From positions 97,652,001-97,716,000 of the forward strand of contig NC_087472.1 in NCBI RefSeq assembly GCF_036321535.1: DNA of 64,000 bases, read 5' to 3'. The DNA is from Camelus dromedarius (Eukaryota). Under the pieces are notes generated by a model. It was not told where the DNA came from. It searched no databases and saw nothing but the letters and a program-made list of their open reading frames with translations. Position 1 is the first letter of the stretch. Each line of letters begins with the position of its first letter. Both the position numbers and the translations under genes were made by a program. Positions 34,809 to 47,497 of the stretch are shown one piece after another.

Positions 34809-35111
34809 CAGTGTTCCCCAAAGTGCGTTTCACAGGATACTAATTCTACAAGTGTTAATTGGCGGTGTTCAGGGGAAGAAAAACTGTTTGCATGGTCAAG
34901 TGAATTCTGGAAATGCTCTATTAGACCAAGAACAAAGTTTAACAAGTTTCTTATTGTGGGACTTCTTAGAACCTTTAATACTATGAATTGTGAATCCCAA
35001 GAGGAGAGAGGGATATAATTTTCAGGGCTTTCAAATTGCTTTCACCATGGAAAATACTTTCAGCTACCTAGCCATAGCAGTGTTCCATGGAACATGGTAT
35101 GGGGAACACTG
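34809..35111. mobile_element. hAT-Charlie MITE (MER113A/Charlie4-like)
   Basis: Perfect 12-bp terminal inverted repeats (TIRs) cagtgttcccca/tggggaacactg; 8-bp TSD ggttaaag/ggttaaaa; internal 'aacaaagtttaacaagtttctt...gaacctttaata'. Confidence 0.85.
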
Positions 35112-35491
35112 GGTTAAAACCCCAGCAAGAGTAGGATTATTATTAACAAGAGGAATATCTGCATGGTGCTTAAAGTGCCTGTTGTTCAGAGACATTGAAA
35201 TTTCTGTTGTGTGTGTCACTGATAATATTCTCAACTTGCAATTTTAAATAATTGACTCTCTGTGGGAGGGAAGGGTGACCTAGCCATGATAAAGCGAGAG
35301 AGAGAACACAGAGCAATTACAAAGCATTTTTCCATTCTGATTACTCTTTTTAAAAAAATCGTCTGATGTCTGTGCATTTTGTCTCTATGAGATAAAAGCT
35401 CTGAATTCTGATGAGGTACATCCCAAAGGTATACATTTTTTAATAATATCTTCTGGTAGGAAATGCCCAATCCAGTTCTTAAGCTTAGTTA

Positions 35492-35631
35492 CCAAAATGG
35501 CCATATGTCGTGGTATGCGCAGTACAGTCTAGATTTGCACCTGTTACTTCTGTGCAATTGTTAATAACACCTCTGTTTAGTCTTAAAATATAGTACCATT
35601 TTGAATGATAAATTATATACTCATCATCCCA
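35492..35631. mobile_element. MER94-like hAT-Blackjack MITE
   Basis: 'ggccatatgtc...acagtc...cctgtt...aattgttaataacacc...gataaattatat'. Confidence 0.6.
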
Positions 35632-35641
35632 GTTACTCATG

Positions 35642-36129
35642 TGTGGCAGATTATTTTTTCCAAAGTGGTTGCAACAGTATGTCCTATCCACATGCCACTC
35701 TCCCATCAAGAGATGGAGTCTAATTTTTCTCCCTTGGAATCTGAAGGCCTGTGATACATTTGTAACCAGTAGAATGCAATAGAAAAGACCCTGCCTGGTT
35801 TCCCAGCTGAAGACATAAAAAGCCGTTCTGCTGCAACATCACTCACTGGAAACCCTGCCCTGGAGCCTAGTCCCTGTGTAAGCAGTCTGACTTTCTGGAA
35901 GCTGCCATGAGTGAGGAAGCCCAAACTAGCACACGTGGGGCGATCCCATGGAGAAGCTTCAGCTCTTGTCGTGACTGAACTGCAACTACATGAGAGATCG
36001 TGAGCCGGACGTGGCCAGCCACACACTTCCTGGAATCCTGAGCCACAGAAGCCACGAGATAACACAGTTGCTGATTTAAGCCACTGAGTTTTGGGGTGAT
36101 TTGTGACACAACAAAAGATAAATGGAGCA
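35642..36129 (+). mobile_element. MLT1G/H (ERVL-MaLR) solo LTR
   Basis: 'tgtggcagattattttttccaaag...cccatcaagagatggagtcta...gaggaagcccaaactagc...ttaagccactgagttttggggtgatttgtgacacaacaaaagataa'. Confidence 0.85.
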
Positions 36130-36389
36130 CTGTGGAATTTAGATCAGCCATAATGACCTTAGAGTGCTAGGGGTCCACTTACCTTGTTTTGAATTTGAAA
36201 TTAGGCAGCAGATATTGAATTAACTATCTAAAATTCAAGTATAATATTCACACTTTATAGAAATGGTACATCTAAGTACTTCCCATCCAAATATAAATTT
36301 CCAAAATAATGCAATTTGGTAAAGAAATGAAATACCAAGTGATTTTTTTTTGCCTTTCTTTAAGTTCTAATTTTACCTCTTAATTGTTT

Positions 36390-36810
36390 TTGTTAAATAT
36401 ATATCGAAAATAGTACATAAAACATATCTGTTTAGCTAAAAGACTGATAACAAAATGAATATTAATGCACTCATTTGCCACCCAACTACAAAAAAATTGA
36501 ACATAACTAGAATCTCTGAAGTCCCCCTACCAAGTTTCTCTTCCCGAATTGCCTTCTTTCCTCTCCCAAAAGTAACTGCTGTGCCAAAATTTGAGTTTTT
36601 CATTCATTTATTTCTCTATGTAGTTTTACAGCTCACATACTATTCGTGAAACGATATATTATTTATTTTCCCAGGTTGTGAACATGGAAGCATACAGTAT
36701 TTTTTTTGCCTCTGAGTTCTGCGCAGATGTATGTTTTTGGGATGTATTCATGTTAACGTTTGAAGCTGTAGTTCTTTCCTTCCCCTTTTATACAACTCTT
36801 ATTCCAATTA
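36390..36810 (-). mobile_element. Old L1ME 3' fragment
   Basis: 'aaagtaactgctgtgccaaaatttgagtttttcattc...gtattcatgtt...ctgtagttc'. Confidence 0.55.
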
Positions 36811-37079
36811 ATTAAGTTAATGGAAAACAAAGGCTGCATGCGCATTTGCCTCAGAAGTTTCCACAAAACGAACAAAGGGCAAAAGCCAAAAAAATCTGAA
36901 ACTGATTTAAAAGCATTCACAATCCATAAGTAAGGAAAAATTAACAAACGTGTTCATCTCTCAGTTCTGAAGGACTCCGGTCAACTCTTTTATCTCTGAC
37001 ACAACTTCCTCTTGTGTCTAGATGAGAAAGCAGCCCAATGTATGCATGATCTTAACCTAGCAATAACAAAAATTTCTTA

Positions 37080-37470
37080 ACAGACCATCATTCTCTCCTC
37101 ACTGTGTTCATCATAGCAACATAGGTGCCCACATACTCATCCATCTGACTTCTTTATCTTGGATTCAGTGTTATTTGGGTGCCATGTGACTGATTCTGGC
37201 AAGTAGCAAGTCGGCAGATATGGTGTATCCCTCTCCAGGGCATCATCATACATACTTCTCCATGAAAATCCTCAGAGATGGCTGTATTATAAGATGAAAG
37301 GAGCCTGGATCCCAGAGTTACACTAAGAGGGGATCTGTCAAGGAGAGTCAGTTGTCCAGCTGACACTGGGCTGGGAAATAACTGAGAAATAAACCTTTTT
37401 CCAGTAATTGACTTAGATTTTAGAGTTTTTGTCACAGCAACATAACTTCAGCTCTTCTGATCATTACCAT
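37080..37470 (+). mobile_element. MLT1I/J-like MaLR LTR
   Basis: 'gccatgtgactgattctggc...aagatgaaaggagcctggatccc...tgagaaataaacc...tttgtcacagcaacataac'. Confidence 0.65.
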
Positions 37471-37624
37471 CATCAATAAATGTCATAGAATGCAATGTCA
37501 GGAACTGGATGACATTGCTTTGAAGTTTGAGGTTTTTTTTCCTTTCGTTTTAATTGTGTTTTCACAGAGGACCAGCAGTTTTTGTGAGGTTGGAAGAGAG
37601 TATAAGATAAAACTTTATAGAAAG

Positions 37625-37872
37625 AATAACAACTACCATTAATTGAATCCTTACTACTTACCTGGCAATGTGCCAAATAATTTATAAGCCAAATATACTG
37701 GATTGCTCCCAGCAACCTTATGAAAGAGGTACTATTCAGTCATCACCATCTATCTATTAGGCACTCGAGGTCTAGATATGAGAAGACACTGAATTAAAAT
37801 TCTAGAGCCGATGAGTCCAGAAACAGGACTTGAACTCAGGTCATTCTTTCTCCAAATTTCATACTATGAACA
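37625..37872 (-). mobile_element. MIR SINE
   Basis: 'ataacaactaccattaattgaatccttacta...cagcaaccttatgaaagaggtactatt...ggacttgaactcaggtc'. Confidence 0.65.
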
Positions 37873-40800
37873 ATGGTGCTTGACTTAACTTTAAAGCTTC
37901 CAAGAACAAACCAGTTTAGTAGAAATTAACTCTAACTGTAGTCAGTAATTGGAAAGATTCCTGTGCTTTCCTGCCATATTTTCCACATTTTTATAACTCT
38001 TACTCTGCCATAGAGAGTGGGCTTACCAAGGCAGTGTGAGCTGGGAGATACTCTCACTGTGATTATTTCCCTGTGGATGCTTTAATATTATCACTGCCAA
38101 GAAAGCAAACTCTAAAGAGAAAAGAGGGGGAAAAAGTCTGAGAACAGGCTCTGTGATATACATTAAACAGACCTTAAAATCATTCAGAGTTCTGGCAAAC
38201 CAAAGTATGCTGAGTTGCTTGTATCTGTGCGAATTTGAAAGTCCACTGCCATGTCACAGGTGAGGATTTGAAATGCCTGAATATGGGTCGAGGCACTGTG
38301 GCTATTTAGGTATTCCAAATGGCACGCAGGGCTTGATGTGTGATTGTCACTTAACAGAATTTGCAAATGGCATATTTATCAGACATTGATGAATCTCAAA
38401 AAGATGGAGAGGTTCAAATAAGCATCCCAAGACTCTGAAGCTCATCGTTTGCACTTCTAAACGTGTTAAGGGCTTCCCTTTTTAGTTTAAAAGCAAACTA
38501 CTTTCATGATGCCTTCTGAGTGTGGAATTTTTTGTTACAAAATCTTCTTTTCATGAATTAGAGGAAGATTGGACTGTATAATCTGTTTGGAAAACAAGGA
38601 GTCTTTAAGGACAATACAATATAGTGAAAAGAAAAAGCATCAAAGAAGAGAGGTGAAATGGAAGAGGAAAGACAAGAAAAATCAGAAATAGAGGCAGAGG
38701 GGGAAAAATACATCTAGAATGGAAGAAAGGCATAAAGGAAGAATACTTTTTTTTAAAGGAGCATGTTCAACTATTTATAATTTCCATGAAGAAATACCAT
38801 TAAGCTTAAGAATATTCTACATTAAAGAGAGCTTAAGGAAAGAGAGTCAGTCTGTAAATGTTTTTCTTACTAGAGGGAAAGATAATGATTAATAATGCAA
38901 AGCAATAGATAATCCTAAAACATTCATTTTGTACTTATTTTCGGGATGCGTTTAGAAGTACTGCCTCTTATATATACTGACATAAACACGTCCATTTTGT
39001 GCTCCCTCTCAGTCCTTGCCCACTGTAAGCAAATGGGGGCTCATGGAGGAGTCCACCCCTACTCACATTCCATGATGATACAGACTTTTATCTAAACCAC
39101 ATGAGAAGGATGGAATTAATATGATTGCCTCATAGTCCTCGGTAAGCTACAAACGTTTTCTTTTTGAAAAGCAGATGAGATAATATGCCTGTGGTATCAG
39201 GATGATGTTCCCTGTCAGCAGAAGAAGAGAAAGAAGAGATAAAAGAGGAAGTCCTTTTAATCTGAATTACTTTGTGACTGGAAATTCACAAGTACAGCCT
39301 GGAAGGTCTGGACAGCTACTGCAGTGCTGCTCATAGGAAGCTGATAAGCAGTGCCATTTATTTCCATCATTTCAGGATAACTCTAGGAAGGCCACCCACA
39401 GGTGAAAGGAGAAGGAAAGAGAAGCAGGAAGTCTCAGAGAATATCTCCTCGGATCGTCTGGCTTTACCCCCATTTATTACCTCTGTCCTTATTCCCATCA
39501 CCACTCCCCCGTCCTCCTTACCCACCTTAGTGCACAAGTGAAAGACTTAGTAGTACAGCTGACTGAGAAAAAGAGGTAATGCCCAATTGAGATGAATTCC
39601 AAAATCAGCCCATGGATTTATGTTAAGTGTCTGGCTCAGCTCCAAGCATATCATTGGCACACGAGATACTGGTTTTCTTCCTTTCTTATCACCCCTACTC
39701 TTTCTAATCTCCAGTTTATTAGGTTGGTTTATTTGGGGTTGGCATCTGGGAGTAGGTTGACTAGATATCTGTATAGTCTTTTGCCTCAACAGAATAGGCT
39801 ACAGATACCAAAAGTTTGAGAACCACAATTCTGTGAAATGTGCAATAACTTATCAAAATCAAGATTAGTCATTTGAGTCTCTGTTCTTTCTCTTACCATT
39901 TCTAACACATTTCTAGTAAAAGGATTTTGTCACTGAGATATTTTATCTGATAAAGTTGTTGCCTTGTTTTTTCCTCAAAATAAACTGACATGAATAGTAA
40001 CAAAAGCAAAAGCAGTGACTTTTTTGCATTGAGAAAGTACAGCCATTGGTCAGTAACTGGAGTGATTTTTCATATATAATCTTATTTTATACTTACAACA
40101 ACTTTCCTAGGTGTTATTATTATTCCTTAGTCATTACTTTCAGATTATATTTAAATAAAATGAATAAGAACACTGGTAAATTATCAGGAAAAAATATTCA
40201 ATACATTTCCAAACCCTACCAGAAGTTCCATTAATCTTTACTGAAAAGCAAGTTCAAGATTGCAGTGTTGCTTTAATAAAATAAGCGTGACCTAACCATA
40301 ATACGGCTGAGCTAAAGAATGTCGATGACTCATTTTATGATCACTCCCCCCACATTGCCTGCCTTTAGCTAACACTATCAAGCAGTTCCTTATGTTACCA
40401 TTTAAACTCATCCAAATAAATTAATTGATGGAAAGATATTGGAGATTATGTAATTAGTTCCTCTGGCTCTGGTGGTGTTGCCATCTGACTTCCAGGCAGC
40501 AAGATGAGATCTAAATTAAATGCAAATAATTGTTCACAATTAGGAAATGAAATGCCTGGAGAACCCCATGGTATTTTAAACAAGCTGATGCACTTGCCCA
40601 TCGATCAACAGTTGAGACTTTCTAACATGTACTTGGCTTAAGTCCCAATGATGACATTGTGCATAGCAACAAGTTCCCCTTCTACATCACAGACGATAAT
40701 TTGCAAGGATACATCCTTCAGTAAGATGTGAACTTTTGCAGGAGTATGTACATAAAAAGTATTCTTTGTTCAAGTTTGTGAGGGGTACTAGATGGTTGAT

Positions 40801-42059
40801 TTTAGGTCATGAAGTGACTTGTAATACACAATTTTACTTAAATAATCTTTTAAGGTAATCATCTTGGATATGTTGAGGACAGATCAAGAGTTTTCTCAAA
40901 GGAAAACATGTCTACCCTTCTGTCAGGGCATTTAAGCTAGTGAGTTTTGTGTTGCTTTGTTTTTGTTCCAAGGCAAAGAAGCTGTTCATTTTTAAGATGT
41001 TTCTCAGGATCCTTGGTGATGACCTTGATGGCAGCAGATCCATCCATACCTATAATGACCACATCTAACCAATAAGAAGGCTTCATTGCCTTTGAACATG
41101 CTAAAAAAGATGCTGCATTTTCAAAAGAGAAAAGGGCAGAATAATGAAGGCAAAACATAAGCCTGAAAGAAGAAAATGTTTCCAAAGAAAATGACCTTAA
41201 TAGGCTAACAGCCTAGATGGGTACGAAGGTTTTTATAAACACTATTAGTATTCATTTAGTATAGGTAGCAGACAGCAACAAGAATTGGAAAATAACTTGG
41301 ATGTGATCACTGAAGGAACAGAGGGAGGCAAAAAACCTAAGCTTCTTCCTGAGCACAAATCTCAGTGTCACCAGAGAGCACAATTGAAATGTCCTCCTTT
41401 CATGATTAGCAACCATCTAATCAAGGACACGGAGTGCCTGCCAAGTCTATATACATGTCATGCCGAAAAACGGAAAAGTTTAGGCAATGATGTTTTCAAC
41501 CTATTGTATGCACCAGGTTAAGAAAAATATTAAAAAGTAATTATTTGGGGGGATGGAGAAGTGGGTAGTTCTTTTTAAATGAAGAGAAAGTCTTGAGAAG
41601 TTATTGTTTAAGATATCCAAAGCTTCAGCATTTATGTACAGGGAGCTAAGGTAGGAGTGTGTAGGGATAAAGGAGGGAAAATCCCCGATACATATATATA
41701 TATTTACAGATTTAAATGGAACAGTTGTTCAAGGAAACAGTCCTGTTTTTTCAATGTTAGAGACATGAGTGTTTTTTTCTTTCCTAATGAATAATCATCT
41801 GTTGTTGAGGAGATTCCAGAGGAAGAAGAAGAGGAAAATGGGTTGGTTTGGGTCAGTAGGGTCTGAAAACAATGATGAAACACACTTTGAGAAAGGGGCT
41901 GGATTTACATTTGAAGTCGTGATGACATTACAAATAAAGCTGTGCTCTCACCACTCAAGTAAGCATGAGAGAGGTCAGAATTAGCATGAACTTTCTGAAA
42001 TGCAGATCTGATGATGTTCCTCTCTGACATAAAATTGGCTCCTTGACAATCTGTCAAAA

Positions 42060-42450
42060 CTTGGTTCTCAGTTCCATCTCTCTTTCCCTGCATTTTGCCA
42101 CATTTTCCTCCCCAAACCCTACACATTCACAGTAGCTTTCAGCTTCATAGAAACTCGGCCTTTTCTCAGTACACTGTGCTTTCCTATGCCTCTAAGCTTT
42201 GCACACAATGTTCCAGTGATTTCAAAATCTCTCCTCCTCCCCTCATCCATTTTTTAAAGCTTGGCAAAAACTTCCATATACAAAGTTATTCACTCCCTGT
42301 GAGAGCAGCTGTATATACTCTATTACAATACTCATCACATATATGTTAATTGCTTATGTTCATTTCTGCTTCCAACAGTGGACTTCTTGCTTTTCAAGGA
42401 CAAAGGTTCTGTCTTAGTGATCTTTGGATCCCAAAGACCTATTAGGTGCC
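42060..42450 (+). mobile_element. L2 3' fragment
   Basis: 'gcctctaagctttgcacac...caaggacaaaggttctgtcttagtgatctttggatccc'. Confidence 0.55.
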
Positions 42451-42454
42451 AGAG

Positions 42455-42712
42455 GAAGCAATATAGTACAGTAGTTAAGAGCAAAGACTGTGGAGTCGGA
42501 GGGTTGGCTTCAAATCCTTTCTCTTCTGCTCACTAATTATGTGACCATCAGCGGGTCCCTTTGAATTTCAACTTTATCATCTACAATGATTATTATAATA
42601 CTCACCTAAATAATATTCACTAGATAGAACTGGATAAAAGAATACATGTCAAATGCTTAGCACATTACCAAGCACATAGTAGTGCTTAGTAAATTGTACC
42701 TATTTTTATCAC
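42455..42712 (+). mobile_element. MIR SINE, near full length
   Basis: 'tagtacagtagttaagagcaaagactgtggagtc...ttcaaatcc...cactaattatgtgacc...tgcttagcac...gcacatagtagtgcttagtaaat'. Confidence 0.85.
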
Positions 42713-42808
42713 TATAATACATTTTAAGGAAAGAAAGTTGTGCTATTGTATCTCTCTTAGGATGAAGAGGTAAAAAAATAATGAAGCAGTGATAAAAAGA
42801 AAGTCACA

Positions 42809-43018
42809 GGGGGAGGGTATAGCTCAGTGGTAGTGTGTGCCTAACATGCACAGGGTTCTGGGTTCAATCCCCAGTACCTCCATTAAAGATAAATAATTTT
42901 AAAAACCTAATTACCCTCCCTCCCCCAAAATAAAAAATATATAAATAAATAAAAATCTTTAAAAATATACATATATTTTAAGATTTTTATTTATATAAAA
43001 ATATATATATTTTTTAAG

Positions 43019-43053
<35 letters not shown>

Positions 43054-43070
43054 ATATGTTTAAAAAAGAA
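42809..43070 (+). mobile_element. Vic-1-type SINE with expanded AT-rich/(TA)n tail
   Basis: gggggagggtatagctcagtggtag...gggttcaatccccagtacctcc; perfect 14-bp TSD aaaaagaaagtcac (42794-42807, 43071-43084). Confidence 0.95.
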
Positions 43071-43309
43071 AAAAAGAAAGTCACTGTTTTATGCTGACTT
43101 CTATTGAAGTGGGAATACTGGATTTGAATAAAAAAGGAATTATTTTTTAAAAAAAGGAATTATAAATGAAGAAGTGTGAGATTTGAGCCCAGACATTTAA
43201 AGTGTGCAGGAGAAAATCAGAAAATAATGCTGTTAGTTACTAATTAGATGAATCAAAAAAAAACTTTCTTTGCATTACCAAAGTGTATTAAGAGGGAATA
43301 GGAAGGAAA

Positions 43310-43460
43310 ATAAAAATATTTGTTGACAAATATCTCGTTGCAAATACTTTCACATAGATCATCTCAGTTAATCCTCTCTGAAAGGAGATACTGGTTGAGA
43401 TACAGGTTGAGAAATAGTTAAGTTACCCTCAAGTAACTTGCTGCAAGATGTCAGATAGAG
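43310..43460 (-). mobile_element. MIR fragment
   Basis: 'actttcacatagatcatctcagttaatcctc...aagtaacttgc'. Confidence 0.45.
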
Positions 43461-43484
43461 CCCCCGCCCACATCTATGAGCCAT

Positions 43485-43840
43485 GTTTATTCATTCATTT
43501 ATTTATTTATTCATAGAAACAAATGTTTACTAAATTCCTGTATTGTTCTAGGTTTTGAGCAGTGAGTGGTGGTCAAAATAAACAAGGCCCCTGCCCCCAA
43601 GGAGTTTATATTTTATTGGAGGAGACATAAAATTAGTTCATAAAAAATAAACAAGACTAATACAATAAAGAGTGATGACAGAGGTGCATCTAACTTAGGT
43701 TGGATAGTCTGGAAAGGCCTGTCTAAGAAGTGACACTTGGGCTGAGACCTGAATGAGGAGAAGGCACCAAGAGCATTCCAGAAAAAGTAATAAATACTAC
43801 AACTCTGAGGCAGAAATAAACTTGTTTAGTTAGAATACCA
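43485..43840 (-). mobile_element. L2 3' end
   Basis: 'attcattcatttatt...aaatgtttact...aaacaaggcccctgcccccaaggagttta...ggaaaggcctgtctaagaagtgacacttgggctgagacctgaatga'. Confidence 0.8.
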
Positions 43841-45426
43841 GACAGAAAAAAAGATGGTGAAAAACCCATGTTCTTCCATTATGTTTCACCAACAAGAAAC
43901 AAGGATAAAGATGGTCAAGAAACCTAGAAAAGAGCTAATGTCGTGCAAAGAAATGTAAATGGAAGGCATGAAGCAGGATGTCAATAAAGCAGGGCTGCCT
44001 TTAGGTTGTGGTCCTTAGCCTTGAAGATAAAGAAACTACATTTTGTAAAGACCTTCAAGTAGAACATTTGGTGAGACTTGCTCATAATGATTCTACATTA
44101 AGGCTGGAGTCTGTAAACTGAAATACCAGTCGATTAGATTACAATGTGAAATATCACTGCCCAGCCCTCCCCCAGTAGAGACTTGGCTGTGGTCATAGAG
44201 CAAATGTATTTTCTCCCTATTGTCATATTACATAGGAAAGCAAATTACTATTATCGGGCTTCTTTGTGAGTATGAAATTAGAGCAAAGAGAGAAGTAGTA
44301 ATACAAAAATTTCCTACATCAGTCTCAGATGGTCCATAACAGGGATATACCTGCCAGATGAGCAACAGTGTAGCATTTGCTTGCCCAGGCACTCTCTCTG
44401 TTTTTCAGCATTTGGAAAAGCTTGAATTGAGCTGGCTTCTCAAGCACTCCTTATTTTCCCTTGTATTCCCAGTGCCTGCCTAGCGTACCCTGAGGTTCAA
44501 AGACAGTCTTAATAATGCTTGAAGAGAAAATGTATTAATGAATGACCTCTTACAGTTGATACCCTCTTTTTAAAATATACTTCTTCTTTCCTTTGAAACA
44601 GTCTTTTTTTTTTTTTTTCCTGATCAAGAAACTAATACTGTGTGCTTTAAAGTGACTTTGCATTTCTCTGTTCTAATCCTGCGTGTGTTTGTATATATGA
44701 TGTTCAGGCTGAATTCTGAGCTAAGAAATTCACTTTTGGGGGAAAAACATAATAGAAAATCTGATAGGCATTGTGGCCCAGGAAAATTGTCTACTATGCA
44801 AATGAAAGAAAGACTACTCAGGGAGGATGTCTTGATTCCCAGAAACACTTTGGGTTTATTAATATATTTTTAATGTTTACAAGCTGATCCCTTACATAAA
44901 CCCTGTTTCAGTTCCCATAAATATCTCAAAATAACAGTGTCTTGGGATGATCTTGAGCTCCCAAGGATTATAAAATAGTCTTTGTCCAGAGTTACTCATT
45001 ACTTTCTCAACTCACCTTTCAACTTTCAAATATATTAAGGTCTGCATTCAACTAGCAAGAAATTTAGACTTCTGTCCAACCTAAAAAGACCATATAATGT
45101 AAGCAGTAATTACTTCACAGAAGAATACTGATTCCCCTACTAGATCTTAACCAACTACACTATAATAAAACACTCTAGGGATAGAGAGCCCACTGAAACT
45201 CCCCGCAAAACATAACGTAAGTTACATATGACCACAACAATAACATAAGACCACTCTCTGATGGAGGATCTATGCTTTCAACTTGCATCTAGATGTAAGA
45301 CATTTCAGGGAGTGTGATGCCTTTTGAGGTTATACTGTGGTTTTAGAAACACAACTGAATTGTGAATGAAACCATGTTTTTCAGGCACTTTAATTCCTAA
45401 ATTCTGTTTCTTTGTTAGTGGTGGTG

Positions 45427-45575
45427 TTTTTTGTTTTTTTATTTTTATTTCGGTGGGGTGGTATTAGGTATTTGTTCATTCATTTAGTTAGTTATTTTAA
45501 TGGAAGTACTGGGGATTGAACCCAGGACCTCTAGCATGCTAAGCATGCGCTCTACCACTGAGCTATACTCTCCTC
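45427..45575 (-). mobile_element. Vic-1-type SINE
   Basis: Reverse complement: gagagtatagctcagtggtagagcgcatgcttagcatgctagaggtcctgggttcaatccccagtacttcca followed by an AT-rich tail. Confidence 0.93.
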
Positions 45576-47209
45576 TCAGACTCTCTATTTCTTGATAGTC
45601 ACTCTATTTACTGATTTTTCTCAGGAGACATGTGGGTAGTTACTGATACCCAGCAGGGAAATTATTCAGGGATTTTTATTTTCTCCTCTTTTTCAAAATA
45701 TTTATTTAAAAGATAGCAGACACATATGATAGCTAAAAATGCCCTGAAACAGACTTGTGTTTAATGTTACTTGCTTATCTTTTGTAAGATTATTCAGAGT
45801 ACATTTCAGACTCCCTACAAGGATACAGCCAAAGTATTGATTATTTTAATCCTTGGAGATGAAATGCTGCTTAGACTAGTGAGTTGAAGATCCTAAACTA
45901 GTAATAGGCTATTTCCATGTCTCTCTAATATTCAACCAAACTAATACTACAGATGTCTTGTGTCTGAAAGATTTATGCATTATTTCTGTGATTCTTTTAG
46001 TTGGTTTCTGTTCATTGTAAAGAATTTTAGTTTGCTTTTTAATATTCTTCAATCATATTTTTCATCTTCTGATTTTATTCTTTATTAAAATGTAACCGTA
46101 CCTTCTTTTCTAGCTCTGTTCTTACACATGTGTGTACAATGTGTTTTGCATCTATCAGAAGCAACATACAGCTAACGCAAACACACTCAAAGATCTTTGG
46201 TATCTGGCATTAAATGTTATCCTTACAGATATCTTCTTTAAAGGTCCTTTGTACCTTTTGAAAAGAGAGGCAAGACAGTTTTAAGCAGTTTTGTAAATAT
46301 GTCAAGTAAAAATGATGCTAATATTTATTTGTAGGGGCATTTACCATATTTAAATGCACAAACATTTGACCGTTTTTAGCCTGCCTTCAAATTGAATGAC
46401 AAGTTTCTTCCAAAGACCACAGAATAATTATGGAGAATATTTTCAGTGGAGATATCTCAAAATGAAAAAGGGCATTTGAAGGGCAGTTTAACTCTTGAAC
46501 AAATATTGAGAATATTTCAAATAATCTAAGGAAGAAGAAAATTCATCCCAGAACATAAATCTGTTGGGAAAAAAATCCTTTTCAATTCCATCACCATGTG
46601 ATACTTTAATGGATCTGGGAGAGAAGTAAAACACGATAATTAAAGGGGAAAAAAGGCAAATTCAAGAACTCCAGTAATATTAGTGTGGAAATGGATACCT
46701 TGGCAGAAGCAAGGCAGAAGTCTAAGTAAATGATTTTGTAATGGACCCATCTGTCTGATTTGCACAACCATCCTATAACCTGGCACAACTTTTTGTATGT
46801 TGGGCTCAAAAGAACCTAAGGAATTGGAATTCTTCATGGACACTAGGTAAATACTCTTTGTTCTCATTTGTCTTGAGTTATAACTGATCATGATGGCTTG
46901 AAAAGTCTTGGTGAATAATTTTCCAAGAGCAGGCTGCCAAATTCCAAGGGACAATACTTGCAATGTATCTATTCATTTGCTTCCTTTCTTTCCTCTTTTG
47001 CAAACCAAAGTTAAATCGCCTGTGGTTGGTTATCCCAATGAACTGAGCGTCTCAAATTTAAACTGCAGGTGATATATGTAGCCTTACAGAATGTAAGAAA
47101 CATTTGTTTGGTGCAAATAAATCAATACCTTGTATGTTTTGGTTTATAAGACTTCCTTCTGTGCTTTCCCAGTGCCCCTCCTTACCATCATTTAGTCAGC
47201 CATGGTCAT

Positions 47210-47470
47210 AGAGCACCTATGTGCTAGTGTGTTGTCTTTTTTAAGATTCCTCAGAGTATACGTACCTTGTTGTATGCTAGGCACTAGAGCCACAAAGATG
47301 AGAAAGCAAGTTTGCCATTCCCAAGGAGCTCCGTATATAGTGAGGTAGACAGACATGCAAACACATAATTATAACAAAGTATTAACTGGTAGTAAAATGA
47401 AGTTAGATAAAAGGTCCTATGAGCACATGGAAGAGTTCCAAAGAAAGCTCTAAAAGAGAAATGATGTACT
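47210..47470 (-). mobile_element. L2 3' fragment
   Basis: 'tatgctaggcactagagccacaaagatga...ttcccaaggagctc...tagtgaggtagacagacatg'. Confidence 0.65.
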
Positions 47471-47497
47471 AAATTTGTTTTTTAAATCTGTGATGTA

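Noticed and set aside
44100..44390. Possible old hAT DNA transposon fragment
   Set aside because: I could not define TIRs or a TSD, or assign a family
46606..46963. Overlapping minus-strand ORFs of 67 and 107 aa
   Set aside because: No recognisable domain, weak splice signals, length within chance expectation
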